Assembly (NCBI RefSeq): GCF_011745625.1
Contig: NW_027191476.1
Coordinates: 248,001-312,000, forward strand
Origin: Cladosporium halotolerans
Taxonomy: Eukaryota
DNA length: 64,000 bases
Direction of reading: 5' to 3'
The notes beneath the pieces are model-generated. The model was not told where the DNA came from and did no database searches. It worked only from the letters and a program-made list of their open reading frames with translations. Below, piece after piece: positions 35,191-46,240 of the stretch. Position 1 is the first letter of the stretch. Each line of letters opens with the position of its first letter. Position numbers and translations under genes: made by a program.

Positions 35191-35491
35191 ACGAAAAGAC
35201 ATGCCCCAGGTGTACAGTACAACCCTGCCAGATTCAGCTATAGATATAGATATAGACGCACTGTGCGATAGACTAGATCCTATACAACAGAGTGACCATC
35301 TTATCACCAGACCTCAAAAAAGTGTCCCTCGGTCCTTCAAATCACCGAACCCAGCTCGGCTCATCAATCAAATTCCCCGCAGCCCCTCCAGCCAAAGCGC
35401 GCCGGCGGCCATCAATTGCCGACATCGCAACCTCCAATCCCACCTTGAATTGCTTTCCTCGATCTTGACCTTCCCGCCAAAACCGCAACAC

Positions 35492-36044
35492 ATGTCCCAC
35501 CTGCTGAGAACCGCCTTCCGACCTCTCTTCGCCACACGCACTTTCACCACAACCTCCCGCATCATGGCCCCCAAGCAAGAATGGATGGCCATCCTGCCCG
35601 ACTACGCCGGCAAGCTGGCTGAGAGGAACCAGGTTCGAGCGTATGTGGCTCCTCCTTAAGAGAAAAGTTCTCAGAGCCCAAAGACTGACGCCGTGCCAGC
35701 GACCACCTCAAAGACACCAAGCCCGACGTCGAATCCGGCCTCATCGTCCTTGGGGGCGCGATGCTCGAGGAGCCGATCAAAGAAGGCGTGCCGCCGAAGA
35801 TGAAGGGCAGCGTGCTGATGTGTGTTGCAAATACGGAGGAGGAGGTTTGGGACAGGGTGAAGAAGGATGTGTATTACACGGGGGATGTGTGGGATAAGGA
35901 GAAGGTGAGTGCTGCTTTTCTCGAGGGAGCTACGTATTAGGAGATATTGGGGGGATTGTTTGGAAGCTTGGACGAATGCGCGGCTGACACGGTGGATAGG
36001 TTCAGATTTTCCCGTTCAAGAGCGCGATCAGGCAGGGTCTGTGA
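35492..36044 (+). CDS. YCII-related domain protein with N-terminal mitochondrial presequence
   Basis: Exons 35492-35640, 35700-35904, 36000-36044 give EWMAILPD...RNQVRADHL...LGGAML...MKGSVL...DVYYTGDVWD...VQIFPFKSA. Confidence 0.85.
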
Positions 36045-36559
36045 GCGGTCAATAAAGAGCAAAAATAAATGTTTCAGCCCAGCTGCTCCAGCTCCAGATA
36101 GATAGCTTCAAGGTTGAGTTGACGTACAACAAAACTGCAACACCGAGACACCGCGCTGGCATTTGAGATTGAAGTCTCTTTCAAAAAGGTCTCGTGAGAC
36201 CTGAAACACAGCACTGCCACCACGACGAAATACGACTATGTGGTTTCACGACTAACTTTGTCTTTATCTTCACGTTCTCCTGGCATTGAAGTATCGCTAG
36301 CAAGTTTCAGAGAGCCTGCAACAACTGACCATGAATTTGCAACAAGAGCTTTGTGAAGCGATGAGACCTCAATATTCCTTGTATGCTCTGCCAGCAGGGT
36401 AAGACATATGTCGAATTGACCCAGAGCTCTTCTTGACCACCAGCATAAGAACATGGTAGGATCTCCAGGACATCATACAGTCCGAACCAACAAGCATCCA
36501 AACACAGAGACACGAACACCTTGTACAATCAGACTCCACTCACGCAGGCCGTGAGCATC

Positions 36560-36979
36560 ATGCCGAACAAGAACAACCCTTCCAACTCCCGCACAGCCTC
36601 GCCCCTTTACAAGTGCGTGGTCTGTAACGGCGCGCCGATGCCGGACAGCCATCGCTTGCGGCACCTCAACAGCAAGGCTCACAAGCAGGTCGTCGAATTC
36701 TTCCACCACCACATGGAGTGCAAGAAGACACCCGGGAAGAAGCCAGAGACCCTCACAGGGAATACCCTCAAGAACAACGACGGCAGGTGTCACGTCTGCA
36801 ACAACGAGCAGCTCCCTAACGATGCTCGCGTCATCAGTACTCACCTTGGTTCAAAGACGCACGCCAAGAACGTTGAAACATCGTATACTGCTTTCCAAAA
36901 GAGCAGGACGCTTGTGGCAGGGTTGCGACCGAATACGATGCCCAGCAAGTTCGCTGATTTCTTTTTTCTAGTGCTTTAG
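36560..36979 (+). CDS. Small protein with two U1/matrin-type C2H2 zinc fingers; 3' end uncertain
   Basis: YKCVVC...HLNSKAH and CHVC...HLGSKTH. A possible intron 36922-36971 would extend the C-terminus. Confidence 0.65.
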   Translation: MPNKNNPSNSRTASPLYKCVVCNGAPMPDSHRLRHLNSKAHKQVVEFFHHHMECKKTPGKKPETLTGNTLKNNDGRCHVCNNEQLPNDARVISTHLGSKTHAKNVETSYTAFQKSRTLVAGLRPNTMPSKFADFFFLVL

Positions 36980-37648
36980 GGAGGATTGGGCAGGCAGAAG
37001 GAGTGATCGGATCGCTGATGTGTGATGACGGGGCTCTCTGTTGGGAGGGCGGATGCGCTCATGAATCCGATAGAATAGGTTCTCATGCCATCGAGCTGGA
37101 CTCGATGGGTTGCAGCGCTTGCTAAAGATCTTTTGTAATTTTAGAAGCTAACTCAATTGTCGTTCTACTCATCAAACACTTCTCCCTTCCTATCCAGATC
37201 ACATCTTATTATACAGAGAACTTAACGCGGTTAATACAACTGAGTTAGAAGATCGGAAAAGCCAAGGTCTGCAGCCTGTGCGTCAAATGACCGATCTACA
37301 TTCTTACTTGCCAATGGATAGACATTACAAGTACCGCCGTCTGGAAGGAAATAAGGATATCACGCAGTCATTCGATTGGTTTCAACAGTAATTCAAAGCT
37401 ATTCAAATCTCTAGCAAGCAGGTAAAACCAAAGGAAAACCCCTCCAATGTATCGATCAAACCACAGTTCGCTCAATCGTCTTTCTTGCATATCGATGCTC
37501 AATGAGAGCTTGATGTCGAGCGCTGCGATCCCCGCAGGTGAACAAAAGAAAACCCGCTCGACACCAGCTGTAGTAACATAGAACAATGTCGTTCCGAATC
37601 AACCTTCAGGAAGGAAGCTTCTATCATCCAAACGTGCCTTGAAGTGCT

Positions 37649-38527
37649 CTAGTCCCCCCTTAACGCGCGGCGGATCCTCTCGGCGAACAATCCAAAGTCC
37701 GCCGCACGAACCCTGGGATGTCCAGGACGGTCAACGATCTCACACGGCATTTCGATCGCTGCGTTGGCAGCGGCCTTGAAATCGAGGCCAGTCGTTTTGT
37801 TCCAGAACCTCACCTTACCGACAACCCTTTCATACTCGCGGTAAATCTTGGTAGAGGCCTCCAACATGCTCAGGTCGAGGCGGCGGTCGCTGCTGCCATG
37901 GACTACCACGCAATCGAAGCGGAAGTTCTTGATGCGCTGGAAGTCTTCGACCCCAATGCGGTTGATGAGGGCCATTGTGTCAGCGGACAGGTCAACGCGC
38001 AGGGTATTGCGGTTCTGGGGGTTGACCAAGTCAATCCTGAAGGTGAAACTGGCATCCTCGATGTAGCTCGTCGTCGCTTCGGCGCGGATCAGGCGAGAAG
38101 CCAGGAGAAGGGGCGGCTGATGAGGCAAAGTAGGCAACTTACCAAGATCCTTCATGTAATGGAAGTAGATGCGGTCCCTCATCTCCCGGGGGAGCTCGAA
38201 AAACTTGCTGAACTGAGGATTCTCGTCGGCCTCCTCGAGGGCGCCCATGATGTCGGCCTTGTTGCGGCGACCTTTTGGCATGGGAAGGCCCCTCGACTTG
38301 ACGAAGCCGGTGAGTTCTTTGACGGTGTAATCCTCGTAGATCAACAAGCCCCGGCTCTTGCGAGTTTTCTGCCTAATGAGCTCGTCGGCAGAGATGGTCT
38401 TCGAGGTGTAAACGGTATGATCGCTCTTCCAATCTGAGATCTCCTGTCTGGTTCCACCCGCGGCCCAGTACGTGTTGTCGGGCTCTCCATAAGCCGGAGT
38501 AGGCAAGAGCTCTTTGAGGACAACCAT
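37649..38527 (-). CDS. Hypothetical protein, SAP-like + F-box-like family, copy A
   Basis: RGLLIYEDYTVKELTGFVKSRGL...LEEAD...FFELPREMRDRIY...QPPL...IRAE; intronless. Confidence 0.8.
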   Translation of the reverse strand: MVVLKELLPTPAYGEPDNTYWAAGGTRQEISDWKSDHTVYTSKTISADELIRQKTRKSRGLLIYEDYTVKELTGFVKSRGLPMPKGRRNKADIMGALEEADENPQFSKFFELPREMRDRIYFHYMKDLGKLPTLPHQPPLLLASRLIRAEATTSYIEDASFTFRIDLVNPQNRNTLRVDLSADTMALINRIGVEDFQRIKNFRFDCVVVHGSSDRRLDLSMLEASTKIYREYERVVGKVRFWNKTTGLDFKAAANAAIEMPCEIVDRPGHPRVRAADFGLFAERIRRALRGD

Positions 38528-39438
38528 GATTCCGAGAACTGATGATCTTGTTGATGACAAAGTCGCGGAGTGGAAGAGCCTCTGGGAGAGGGGGTTGGTG
38601 GCCTTTTTGTCCTCATGATGGAAGTGAATGATATCGCATTGCGCGAGGCGCAGAGAGCAGTGACAAAGGCTTTTAGTACTTCACTTATCACAGATGTTGG
38701 CGTACTCGTGACCTGACATTGCAGTGAATTCCAGAGTACTTACCAGTTGTGCTCATACATTCAATGCCAACTTCTGTACTTGTCGTTCAGTCTACGCGTG
38801 ACACGTCAATGTTATCTGAGTGGAAGTCAGTCGCCAGACCGAGCACTGGAGCAACTATCGGCCAGCTACACCTCTACAGTGACCAGGCGATCCATCGAAC
38901 AAAGCCAAATGTGGTCGCGAGTCAGAACAACAAAGGGATTGTCCAGTGTCGCCTTCCACGATGTAGCCATCAACTCTTACGACAGCACTGAAATGGTGAG
39001 AGGAGTTTAGACGCTCCCACGTCGTCTAGATGATCGCCAGATAGCGGTTAGCAGCTATGTTGGAGGTGCCACCATCAGTGACCGAGACTCCCGACTATGT
39101 ACCTTCATGCCAGTGCTTGAGTGAGCGCGACGTCTTTGACTGAGGGCTGTGGGAACCCTCACAGATTTCCAGAAATACAGGCTAACGCTTAAGACGATCT
39201 CCGAGGACATGAGCACCAACGTGGATCTTAGAGGGCGAGTACGTTACATGTAATTCCTGGGGTCGGCCCATCCAACCATAAAATTCGCATGTAAGCTGTT
39301 ATCAGACATGCCAGAATCAAAAACGGGGGTCTGTTCAAATAGAGAGGCAAACACTGAGCAGAATGATTGCCATACACCGAATTACTTCTTCAGTCCTTCC
39401 TAGCCCGATCCACGCATTTCCAGCCTAGCAAAACTCCC

Positions 39439-40305
39439 TCAATCGTCGAAAACCACTCTGTTCTGGAGGCCCTTAGCGGCCGCTTTCACCAAGACCAGCA
39501 AGTCCTCCTGCTTGAGCTTCTTTGCTCCTTTGCGTGCCATGATCTCCTCCAGGATTGGCTGAAACTCTTTCTTGACCCTGGTTGCCTGCGCAGAGGTGTT
39601 GTCGGTCGCCGGCTCCGTGATGACGACGCGGGTTTCTTCGAAAAGATCAACGCAGATCTTGTAGGTGTTGGTCGGGTCCCAAGCAAGGCGAATGAGCAGC
39701 TCCAGGCTTCTGACGTGCGCGACATTCGCGTTCATTTTATGAAGTAGAAGCTGTGATCTCCTGGCAGTGCGGATGCTGGGGAGAGAGTTTTCCACGAAGT
39801 ATGCGAATGGGAACCTCATGCCAGCGTAGAACAAAGGCAGGGACTCTCTGCGAGTCCGGCGGGACACGCGCGAGATTGGCGGTTCAGTAGGCTTCTGAGG
39901 CAAGGTGCGGCTGTCGTCGAAAGAGGAAAAGAACTGCTTGTAGATCTGAAGCCGGACCTCCGTGGGTAGTTCTTCAAAACGGCCGAAAGTTTCGTCGTCG
40001 TCGGCTCGCTCCAATGCTATTCTGAGGTCCCTCTGTTTGTGACCTTTGACGGGTTCGATCTTGCGCTGCTCGCAAAACCTTCGCAGTTCCTCCGTAGAGC
40101 ATTTGCCGTAGTACATGAGCCCACGCTGCATGCGGGAATACAGATGACAGGCTTCCACCTTGCGGATCCCATGATTCTCCCTGTCCAACGACAAGTACGA
40201 CTCCATCATACCCATCAGATACCGCAACACGTGCCCATTGCCAGTCCAAAGCTTCCAATAATTGCCGCGCCCTTCAGTCTGCCCCTCATCCTTGTACTGA
40301 ACCAT
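39439..40305 (-). CDS. Hypothetical protein, SAP-like + F-box-like family, copy B
   Basis: YWKL...QRGLMYYGKCSTEELRRFCEQR...LERAD...FEELPTEVRLQIY...EPPISRVSRRTRRESLPLFY. Confidence 0.8.
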   Translation of the reverse strand: MVQYKDEGQTEGRGNYWKLWTGNGHVLRYLMGMMESYLSLDRENHGIRKVEACHLYSRMQRGLMYYGKCSTEELRRFCEQRKIEPVKGHKQRDLRIALERADDDETFGRFEELPTEVRLQIYKQFFSSFDDSRTLPQKPTEPPISRVSRRTRRESLPLFYAGMRFPFAYFVENSLPSIRTARRSQLLLHKMNANVAHVRSLELLIRLAWDPTNTYKICVDLFEETRVVITEPATDNTSAQATRVKKEFQPILEEIMARKGAKKLKQEDLLVLVKAAAKGLQNRVVFDD

Positions 40306-40674
40306 ACTCGAGATGTCTTACCTGGTGATGAATGTTGGGCTTGATGATGTCGGCGCCCGAATCAGTGAGGGCGATCAGAACGACCTAGCGACAACGAGTC
40401 ACTGGTTTTGTTGTTGTTGTGATGAAGGCGGTTCGCTGGGGTGAGGTTCGGCGATGCTGAATCAATGATGTTGTGAGAATGTTGTTGTGTGGGTGAGTTG
40501 GAGGGCACGAGTAAAGCAATGAGAGCGCCTCAAAAGGAAGGCGCGCGCGCGACCCGCGACTGCACCATGGAGACGCGGCGGGGTGATTTGTTTACTTCCG
40601 CAATCATGTGACTTCGCTCCAGCATTCAGTGAGTACAGAACCAGAACCGCCTTCACTGATCTTCGACGCGATGC

Positions 40675-41835
40675 TCAAGCGTTATCCTCCACCGCCGCCG
40701 TGTCAACATCCTCGATCCTCCACATGTACCACATGAACAAGCTGCGATAGGGCCTGAACCGCTCGGCGGTCTCCAGCATGTCCTTCTCGCTCATGTACTT
40801 CCATTTGCCGCCATCCTTCGCTTTCAGCTTCTTCACGTCCTTCCCGGCATAAGCAGCCATGCCTCTCTGCACGCCCAGGTCGCCCGTCGAGAAGACATCC
40901 ATCCGCTTCAGCGCAAAGCACATGAACATCTCGACAGACCAAACGCCCAGGCCTCGGACAGCGACGAGCTTCTCCATCACCTCATCATCGCGCGCGTCCA
41001 ACAGAAAGCTCGCAGTGAGCTCGCCAGAAGCGAATTTCGCAGCGAGCCCCTGGATGTATTCAGCTTTGCGCTGGCTGAGCCCAGCCTCTCGAAGCCTCGG
41101 GATCGTCTGTTGCGCCACCAGGGCTGGGGGCGGGAACCCAGTGGGGCACGACTCTGGCGGGAAGAGCGCGATGAATCTGTTTTTGATGGACTTCGCCGCG
41201 GCCCCGGATACTTGCTGGGCCATGATGCCGCTGCTCAGAGAGCGGAAAGGGTCGATCTCTTCGCTGAGGCCCTGAGGGGAAAACACGCGACAGTGGTGCT
41301 TCTCCACGAGAGGCCTTAGACTAGGATCGATAGCAATGAGATGGGCGCATGCGGTCTCTAAAAGGGAGCCGGTGGTCCCTCCATTGACAGCTGGTTTGGA
41401 AGGCGATGGCTCCTCAAAGTTACTGAAGCTTGGCTGCACCTGAGTTCCACCTGGAGTGATCAAAGTGGCATTGGCATGACCAGGATGCACAGGGCGGTCG
41501 GGCGGTGGTGTAGCATCATCAATGTCGCCGCTACTGTAATTCGGTGTTGAACTGTTGGTGCTTGTCATGAGCCCGATCGCCGAGGGCGTTGGCGTGAATG
41601 GGGGAGGCTTGTCAGTGCCATTTGCCATTCGGGGGCGCTTGTTATTTGGCGTTAGGGGAGGCGGCATTGCATCTTTCTCGGCTACATCTTTGGCGATGGC
41701 TGCTGTGGCAGCCTCTTCAGTAGCGTTGGACTTCCTCTGTCGCTTGCGAGATTGACTCGACTTTTCGAGGGGTGTATCATTTAGGGTCTCAGTAACAGCT
41801 GAGGCTTTCACGCGGGTCGATCGACGTAGAGACAT
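40675..41835 (-). CDS. MAG1: DNA-3-methyladenine glycosylase (AlkA/Mag1, HhH-GPD)
   Basis: IMAQQVSGAAAKSI, GLSQRKAEY, HhH VRGLGVWSVEMF, DVFSTGDLGVQRG, PYRSLFMWYMW; ATG 41835. Confidence 0.92.
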   Translation of the reverse strand: MSLRRSTRVKASAVTETLNDTPLEKSSQSRKRQRKSNATEEAATAAIAKDVAEKDAMPPPLTPNNKRPRMANGTDKPPPFTPTPSAIGLMTSTNSSTPNYSSGDIDDATPPPDRPVHPGHANATLITPGGTQVQPSFSNFEEPSPSKPAVNGGTTGSLLETACAHLIAIDPSLRPLVEKHHCRVFSPQGLSEEIDPFRSLSSGIMAQQVSGAAAKSIKNRFIALFPPESCPTGFPPPALVAQQTIPRLREAGLSQRKAEYIQGLAAKFASGELTASFLLDARDDEVMEKLVAVRGLGVWSVEMFMCFALKRMDVFSTGDLGVQRGMAAYAGKDVKKLKAKDGGKWKYMSEKDMLETAERFRPYRSLFMWYMWRIEDVDTAAVEDNA

Positions 41836-42438
41836 CGTTGGCTCTTTCGACCGTGGTGTAAGGCTCCTTTGACCAATGCTAGAAGTCGTCTTGTTGCGCG
41901 GGAACGCAGACTTGAATGACGTCCAGCAGATGATTATTAATCCACGGCTTGGCCGGAGAAGAAACGCCACTTTTTGGAAGAGCGATGAAATAGTACACTA
42001 AATACGAGTAATAACGACAGACGGGGATTTCGAATTCTGTCTATATGCTTTCAAGCGATTCTAAAAGGATAGAGCCTATAGCCGTCTTGAAGTGAGGTCT
42101 AGGGGCCCTCGGCCGAGGCAGCAGCGGAGATCGACCACTCAGACGCGAGCATTCATGGATGACGATAGCGCTCGGGCCCGAAAATCACATGACCCAATTC
42201 AAGACGGCTGCTGTAATAGCAGGAAATACTACGGAGCTGCACTTGAGCATTCGACAAAGGAAAATGTCCAGTCTCCGTTTATACCTCACTACGCTTGCAT
42301 TGATATGGTACACTGCTTCCGCTCTAGTCTGCGCGCGCCCATACATTGCGCCGCCACCGTCCTGTGGATATTTACAAAAGTCGGCATCGGCTCCTCTTGT
42401 CATCTTGTCTCCCATTCCCGCGTGTTATATTGCATGAT

Positions 42439-43093
42439 CTATCGCTTGGTGTTGGGCTTGTTGATGACCATAGCCTCGAGGCCCTGCCTCTCAGTGACCT
42501 CAGCCTCGAGCTCTGCAATGATGGGGGAGAGGTAACGGATATCCTAGAGTCGCACACGTCAGCATGGAACTATAAAGTTGGCGTTCAAACCGCCAGGTAG
42601 TCATAGCGAGATATTGGGAGAGCCCATCGCGTAGGGGAGAAACGCGAATGTGGCATGACTGGGATGCGTACCTCCTCGGGCTTGGTCCACTCCTCCTTGG
42701 GCAGAAGCTGGTGAGCGAGCGAGCACTGTCACGTCGTCAGAACAATGTATTTCCCTCGCAACTGTTCTTTCTCGAATGTACCTGGAACGCCCTGCGCATA
42801 CGGAAGACGCGATCGTAGGACTCCTTGGGTGTCAGGCGCTTCATGGCGCGCTGCATGATCTCGCTCTCCTCCGGGATAAGGTCATCGGACCTGTGAGCTT
42901 CGTCAGCTCTCTCTTCTCACACGTATCCAATGCCTCGGTCCCAATGGCGTCTCCCGAGATATCCAGATCTTCCATACCTCAGACCCAGCTTCCTGTAGGC
43001 GGCGGCGTCGAAGTACCACTTGCTGAGCGGCTTGGCCCAGCGCATGAGCCACGGGCGCTTCAGGACGTAGGGGGCGAGCGACGGCTGCGACAT
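42439..43093 (-). CDS. QCR7: Cytochrome b-c1 complex subunit 7
   Basis: Exons 43093-42978, 42890-42782, 42725-42672, 42543-42439 give YRKLGLRSDDLIPEE...[39 protein letters not shown]. Confidence 0.95.
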
Positions 43094-43619
43094 GATTGCG
43101 GTGTTGTGAGTGCGGAGGCGGTAGGATGCTCGCTGGACGGTCTGCTCCTGTGAAGCTGTCGCTCTTCTCAGGACGCCGCCGGGCTTCAACGAGGACACGG
43201 GTGTTCCCGTTGGTAAGCGGACTTGGCACAGCTCCCATCTCCGACACAGGCAGGCGCGGCGGGAAGCGGCTTCCCAGCTTCCTACGTCAGGCTGTGCGCG
43301 CGCGTGCGAGTGAAAGGGACTTGGCCGCGAGCTACCAGACACACCTGCACCCGAACCCGAACCCGCTCGCACACTTCACTTACGTCCTATACCACACCCC
43401 GACACCTACACACCTTCACGACACGCCCTCCGCCGCCGCCCCCCTCATTACCTCTTGCTCGGCCTATGGCCCGTTGAATTCGCAAGCCGGCGTTGCGGGG
43501 CCCGAGAAGCACCGGCTTAACGAAGGGAACACTCTCCGGGAACGGCGGCCATACTTTCGACAAACCAACCCAGAGCACTCACCACCACGCATATCCGGCG
43601 CAACCACTCCCGCCCGAGC

Positions 43620-43649
43620 ATGAAGTCGCCATACGCTTGCCTGAGGTAG
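43620..43649 (+). promoter_or_regulatory. 9-codon uORF (MKSPYACLR*) upstream of the NAD+ carrier
   Basis: ATG 43620 to TAG 43649, 13 nt before ATG 43663 and in another frame; a further 3-codon uORF at 43466-43477. Confidence 0.4.
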
Positions 43650-43662
43650 CCCATTGAGGGCC

Positions 43663-44865
43663 ATGCAAAAGATGTCCGACACCCACGACCATGGCCCACC
43701 CAACACGATAACCGCTCAGACCAAGTCTGCTCTGCGTCACAATACACCATTCCCTCAGCTTGCGCGATGGAGTCTCAACCTCACGCCCAGTGCGATCAAT
43801 TCGCTCTCAGGCGCCATGGCTGGCGCCGCGAGTGGCATTGTGACATGCCCGCTTGACGTTATCAAGACCAAGCTCCAAGCCCAAGGCGGGTTCAGGAAGG
43901 TGGATCCTGCTTTAGCAACATCCAGCAGTCGAGAAGTGTACCGGGGCATGTTCGGAACTGCTAAGACTATCATACGGCAAGATGGGTTGGTGGGGATGTA
44001 CCGCGGCCTCGGCCCAATGCTGCTCGGGTATCTGCCGACGTGGGCGGTATACATGACTGTCTACGACAGCAGTAAGGAATGGTTCCATGCGCATGGCTCT
44101 GATATCTCAGATAAGGACAAGTTCCTTTCGCGTGTGTATGCCTCAGTATGCGCTGGTGCTTGCTCGACAATTGCTACCAACCCTATCTGGGTCATTAAGA
44201 CACGCTTGATGTCTCAAGTCTCCCGGTCCGCATCTGATGGCGCGCGCACCCCTTGGCATTATAACAGCACATTTGATGCCGCTCGAAAGATGTACAGGTC
44301 GGAGGGTATCGGTGCTTTTTACTCGGGACTGGCACCTGCCTTACTGGGGCTTACTCATGTTGCCATCCAGTTCCCGCTTTACGAATATTTCAAGCAACAA
44401 TTTACTGGTCTAGAGATGGGCGAAACATCTGAGAACACTGGTGACGCCGCGCAGAACACCGCCGGCATTCTCGCTGCAACCCTTATCAGCAAAGTCTGCG
44501 CTACCTCGGCCACTTACCCTCACGAAGTCTTACGAACACGACTCCAAACGCAGCAACGGCATCTGAACCCCGAACACGGCCACGATGGAGTTGCCAGCAT
44601 GCACCACAGCCAAGTTGTCTCGACAACCAAGCGGGTGGGGAACTCCGACGGGTCTGCCTACAGGCCGCGTTACCAGGGCGTTCTGCAAACGGCCAGAGTC
44701 ATCCTCAGAGACGAAGGATGGCGTGCATTTTACAACGGAATGGGCACAAACATGATTAGAGCCGTGCCTGCGGCGATGACGACTATGCTCACGTACGAGA
44801 GCCTCAAGAGTGCTCTGTGGCGATTGCAGGAAGAAGGCAAAGAACTGGAGGGGAACGATGCATGA
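43663..44865 (+). CDS. YIA6: Mitochondrial NAD+ carrier (Ndt1/Yia6-like)
   Basis: TCPLDVIKTKLQAQG, GYLPTWAVY, TNPIWVIKTRLMSQ, GLTHVAIQFPLYE, TYPHEVLRTRLQ; start may be 43663 or 43672. Confidence 0.88.
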   Translation: MQKMSDTHDHGPPNTITAQTKSALRHNTPFPQLARWSLNLTPSAINSLSGAMAGAASGIVTCPLDVIKTKLQAQGGFRKVDPALATSSSREVYRGMFGTAKTIIRQDGLVGMYRGLGPMLLGYLPTWAVYMTVYDSSKEWFHAHGSDISDKDKFLSRVYASVCAGACSTIATNPIWVIKTRLMSQVSRSASDGARTPWHYNSTFDAARKMYRSEGIGAFYSGLAPALLGLTHVAIQFPLYEYFKQQFTGLEMGETSENTGDAAQNTAGILAATLISKVCATSATYPHEVLRTRLQTQQRHLNPEHGHDGVASMHHSQVVSTTKRVGNSDGSAYRPRYQGVLQTARVILRDEGWRAFYNGMGTNMIRAVPAAMTTMLTYESLKSALWRLQEEGKELEGNDA

Positions 44866-45373
44866 GATTTAGCATGGTGTGGCTTACTCCGTTTTTCGCT
44901 TTTGGGGCAGTTGCGCCGTCCGAGGTGACGTGCATAGACTCCGTTGCAGCAAGGCGTTCAGGCGTAGAGAGGTGGAGCAGAGATGGGTCCCCAAGCGGGC
45001 ATGCCGTTCACGTGTACGTACGCACAAGCTTTCAATCAAATTTGAGCATTCATCTGTCATTCTTTGCTTCAGTGTTTCTTGCATCTCAGCTTCAGTTGAC
45101 TTTCTCCAATTCACTCAAGTCTTTGTTTTCCTTTCATGAGCAAGTTCATGGGGTATTGAATCCAGACATGTGAGAACCCTAGCCCGCACTGACGACGGCC
45201 TGCTGGCTCCTATGTATATTTTCTGCCCATTACAGCTACCTTTCTTGCGACCCAACACCAACAAGTCAGCCATACCACCAACGGTCAGACTGGCTCCACG
45301 ACCTGGTTGTCCCCAGTGGAGCAGCAACAATTCAAGTTCACTCGCTGTCTCGATCAAGCAACAATCATTCAAC

Positions 45374-46240
45374 ATGGTACAATTCAAGCGGGATGACAAG
45401 TTCTTGGCTGCCGACCATACCCACTCCTACTGGAAGCTCGGGTTCTTTGACTTCTTGACTGCTAAGCAGGGGGTCGCGTTACTCAAGTCGCATGGCTATT
45501 ACTGCCGCGAAGATGCCAGCAGAAAAAAAGTTATGAAGCACATCGGTCGCTATCAGCGCGGCCTACTTTCGTATGAAGCCCTGGGCCTCGAAGAACTTCG
45601 CGCCATCTGCGCATCTCGGAACTTGTCGACAAAGGCGAAAACGGTTCCTCGTCTCGCTCGCAAGCTGGAAAGGGCTGACGACCAAGCAAAGTTCGAACGT
45701 CTTTTTAAACTACCTCCCGAAATTCGAAACATCATCTATGAGTTCTACTGCTCAGACATAGGCGCGGTTCCGTTTCCACACGCGCAACCACCTCTGACGT
45801 TGGCATCAAGGCAACTGCGCGCCGAGTTCCTACCGATTTTCTACGGCGTAACCCACTTTGTGGTAACTTGGTGGCCAGCCGACTTACATATAGCCTGCCA
45901 TAGGTTCGTCATGCGTTCAGGTCCCGACGATACGATCACATCGGTATTAGGGCCTAATGTTTTAGCCATTGAAAATCTCAGCATCGCTGTCACGAGGGCT
46001 TATTCTGACAGGCTGCTCGACCTGGACAAGGCTCTTGTGTCTCTATCGATCAGGAAACGGAAGGGTGTTTGGACGGTCAAGATAACAGACAACTCGCAAG
46101 GTGAAGATCCCTGGATCAAGCGGGGAATGCACAACTTCCTGCGCCGCGTCAAATATCAAAACCAGGCTTGGAAGATGCAAGCACACTTTCTGCTGGCAAT
46201 GGCACATTCAATTCGGCTTGAGTCTGAAGATGAGCCATGA
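45374..46240 (+). CDS. Hypothetical protein, SAP-like + F-box-like family, copy C
   Basis: YWKL...YQRGLLSYEALGLEELRAICASRNL...LERAD...LFKLPPEIRNIIY...QPPLTLASRQLRAEFLPIFY; ATG 45374. Confidence 0.8.
   Translation: MVQFKRDDKFLAADHTHSYWKLGFFDFLTAKQGVALLKSHGYYCREDASRKKVMKHIGRYQRGLLSYEALGLEELRAICASRNLSTKAKTVPRLARKLERADDQAKFERLFKLPPEIRNIIYEFYCSDIGAVPFPHAQPPLTLASRQLRAEFLPIFYGVTHFVVTWWPADLHIACHRFVMRSGPDDTITSVLGPNVLAIENLSIAVTRAYSDRLLDLDKALVSLSIRKRKGVWTVKITDNSQGEDPWIKRGMHNFLRRVKYQNQAWKMQAHFLLAMAHSIRLESEDEP

Noticed and set aside
36187..36202. Near-palindrome AGGTCTC-GT-GAGACCT
   Set aside because: Isolated 7-bp arms are expected by chance in 64 kb; no associated element or target-site duplication.
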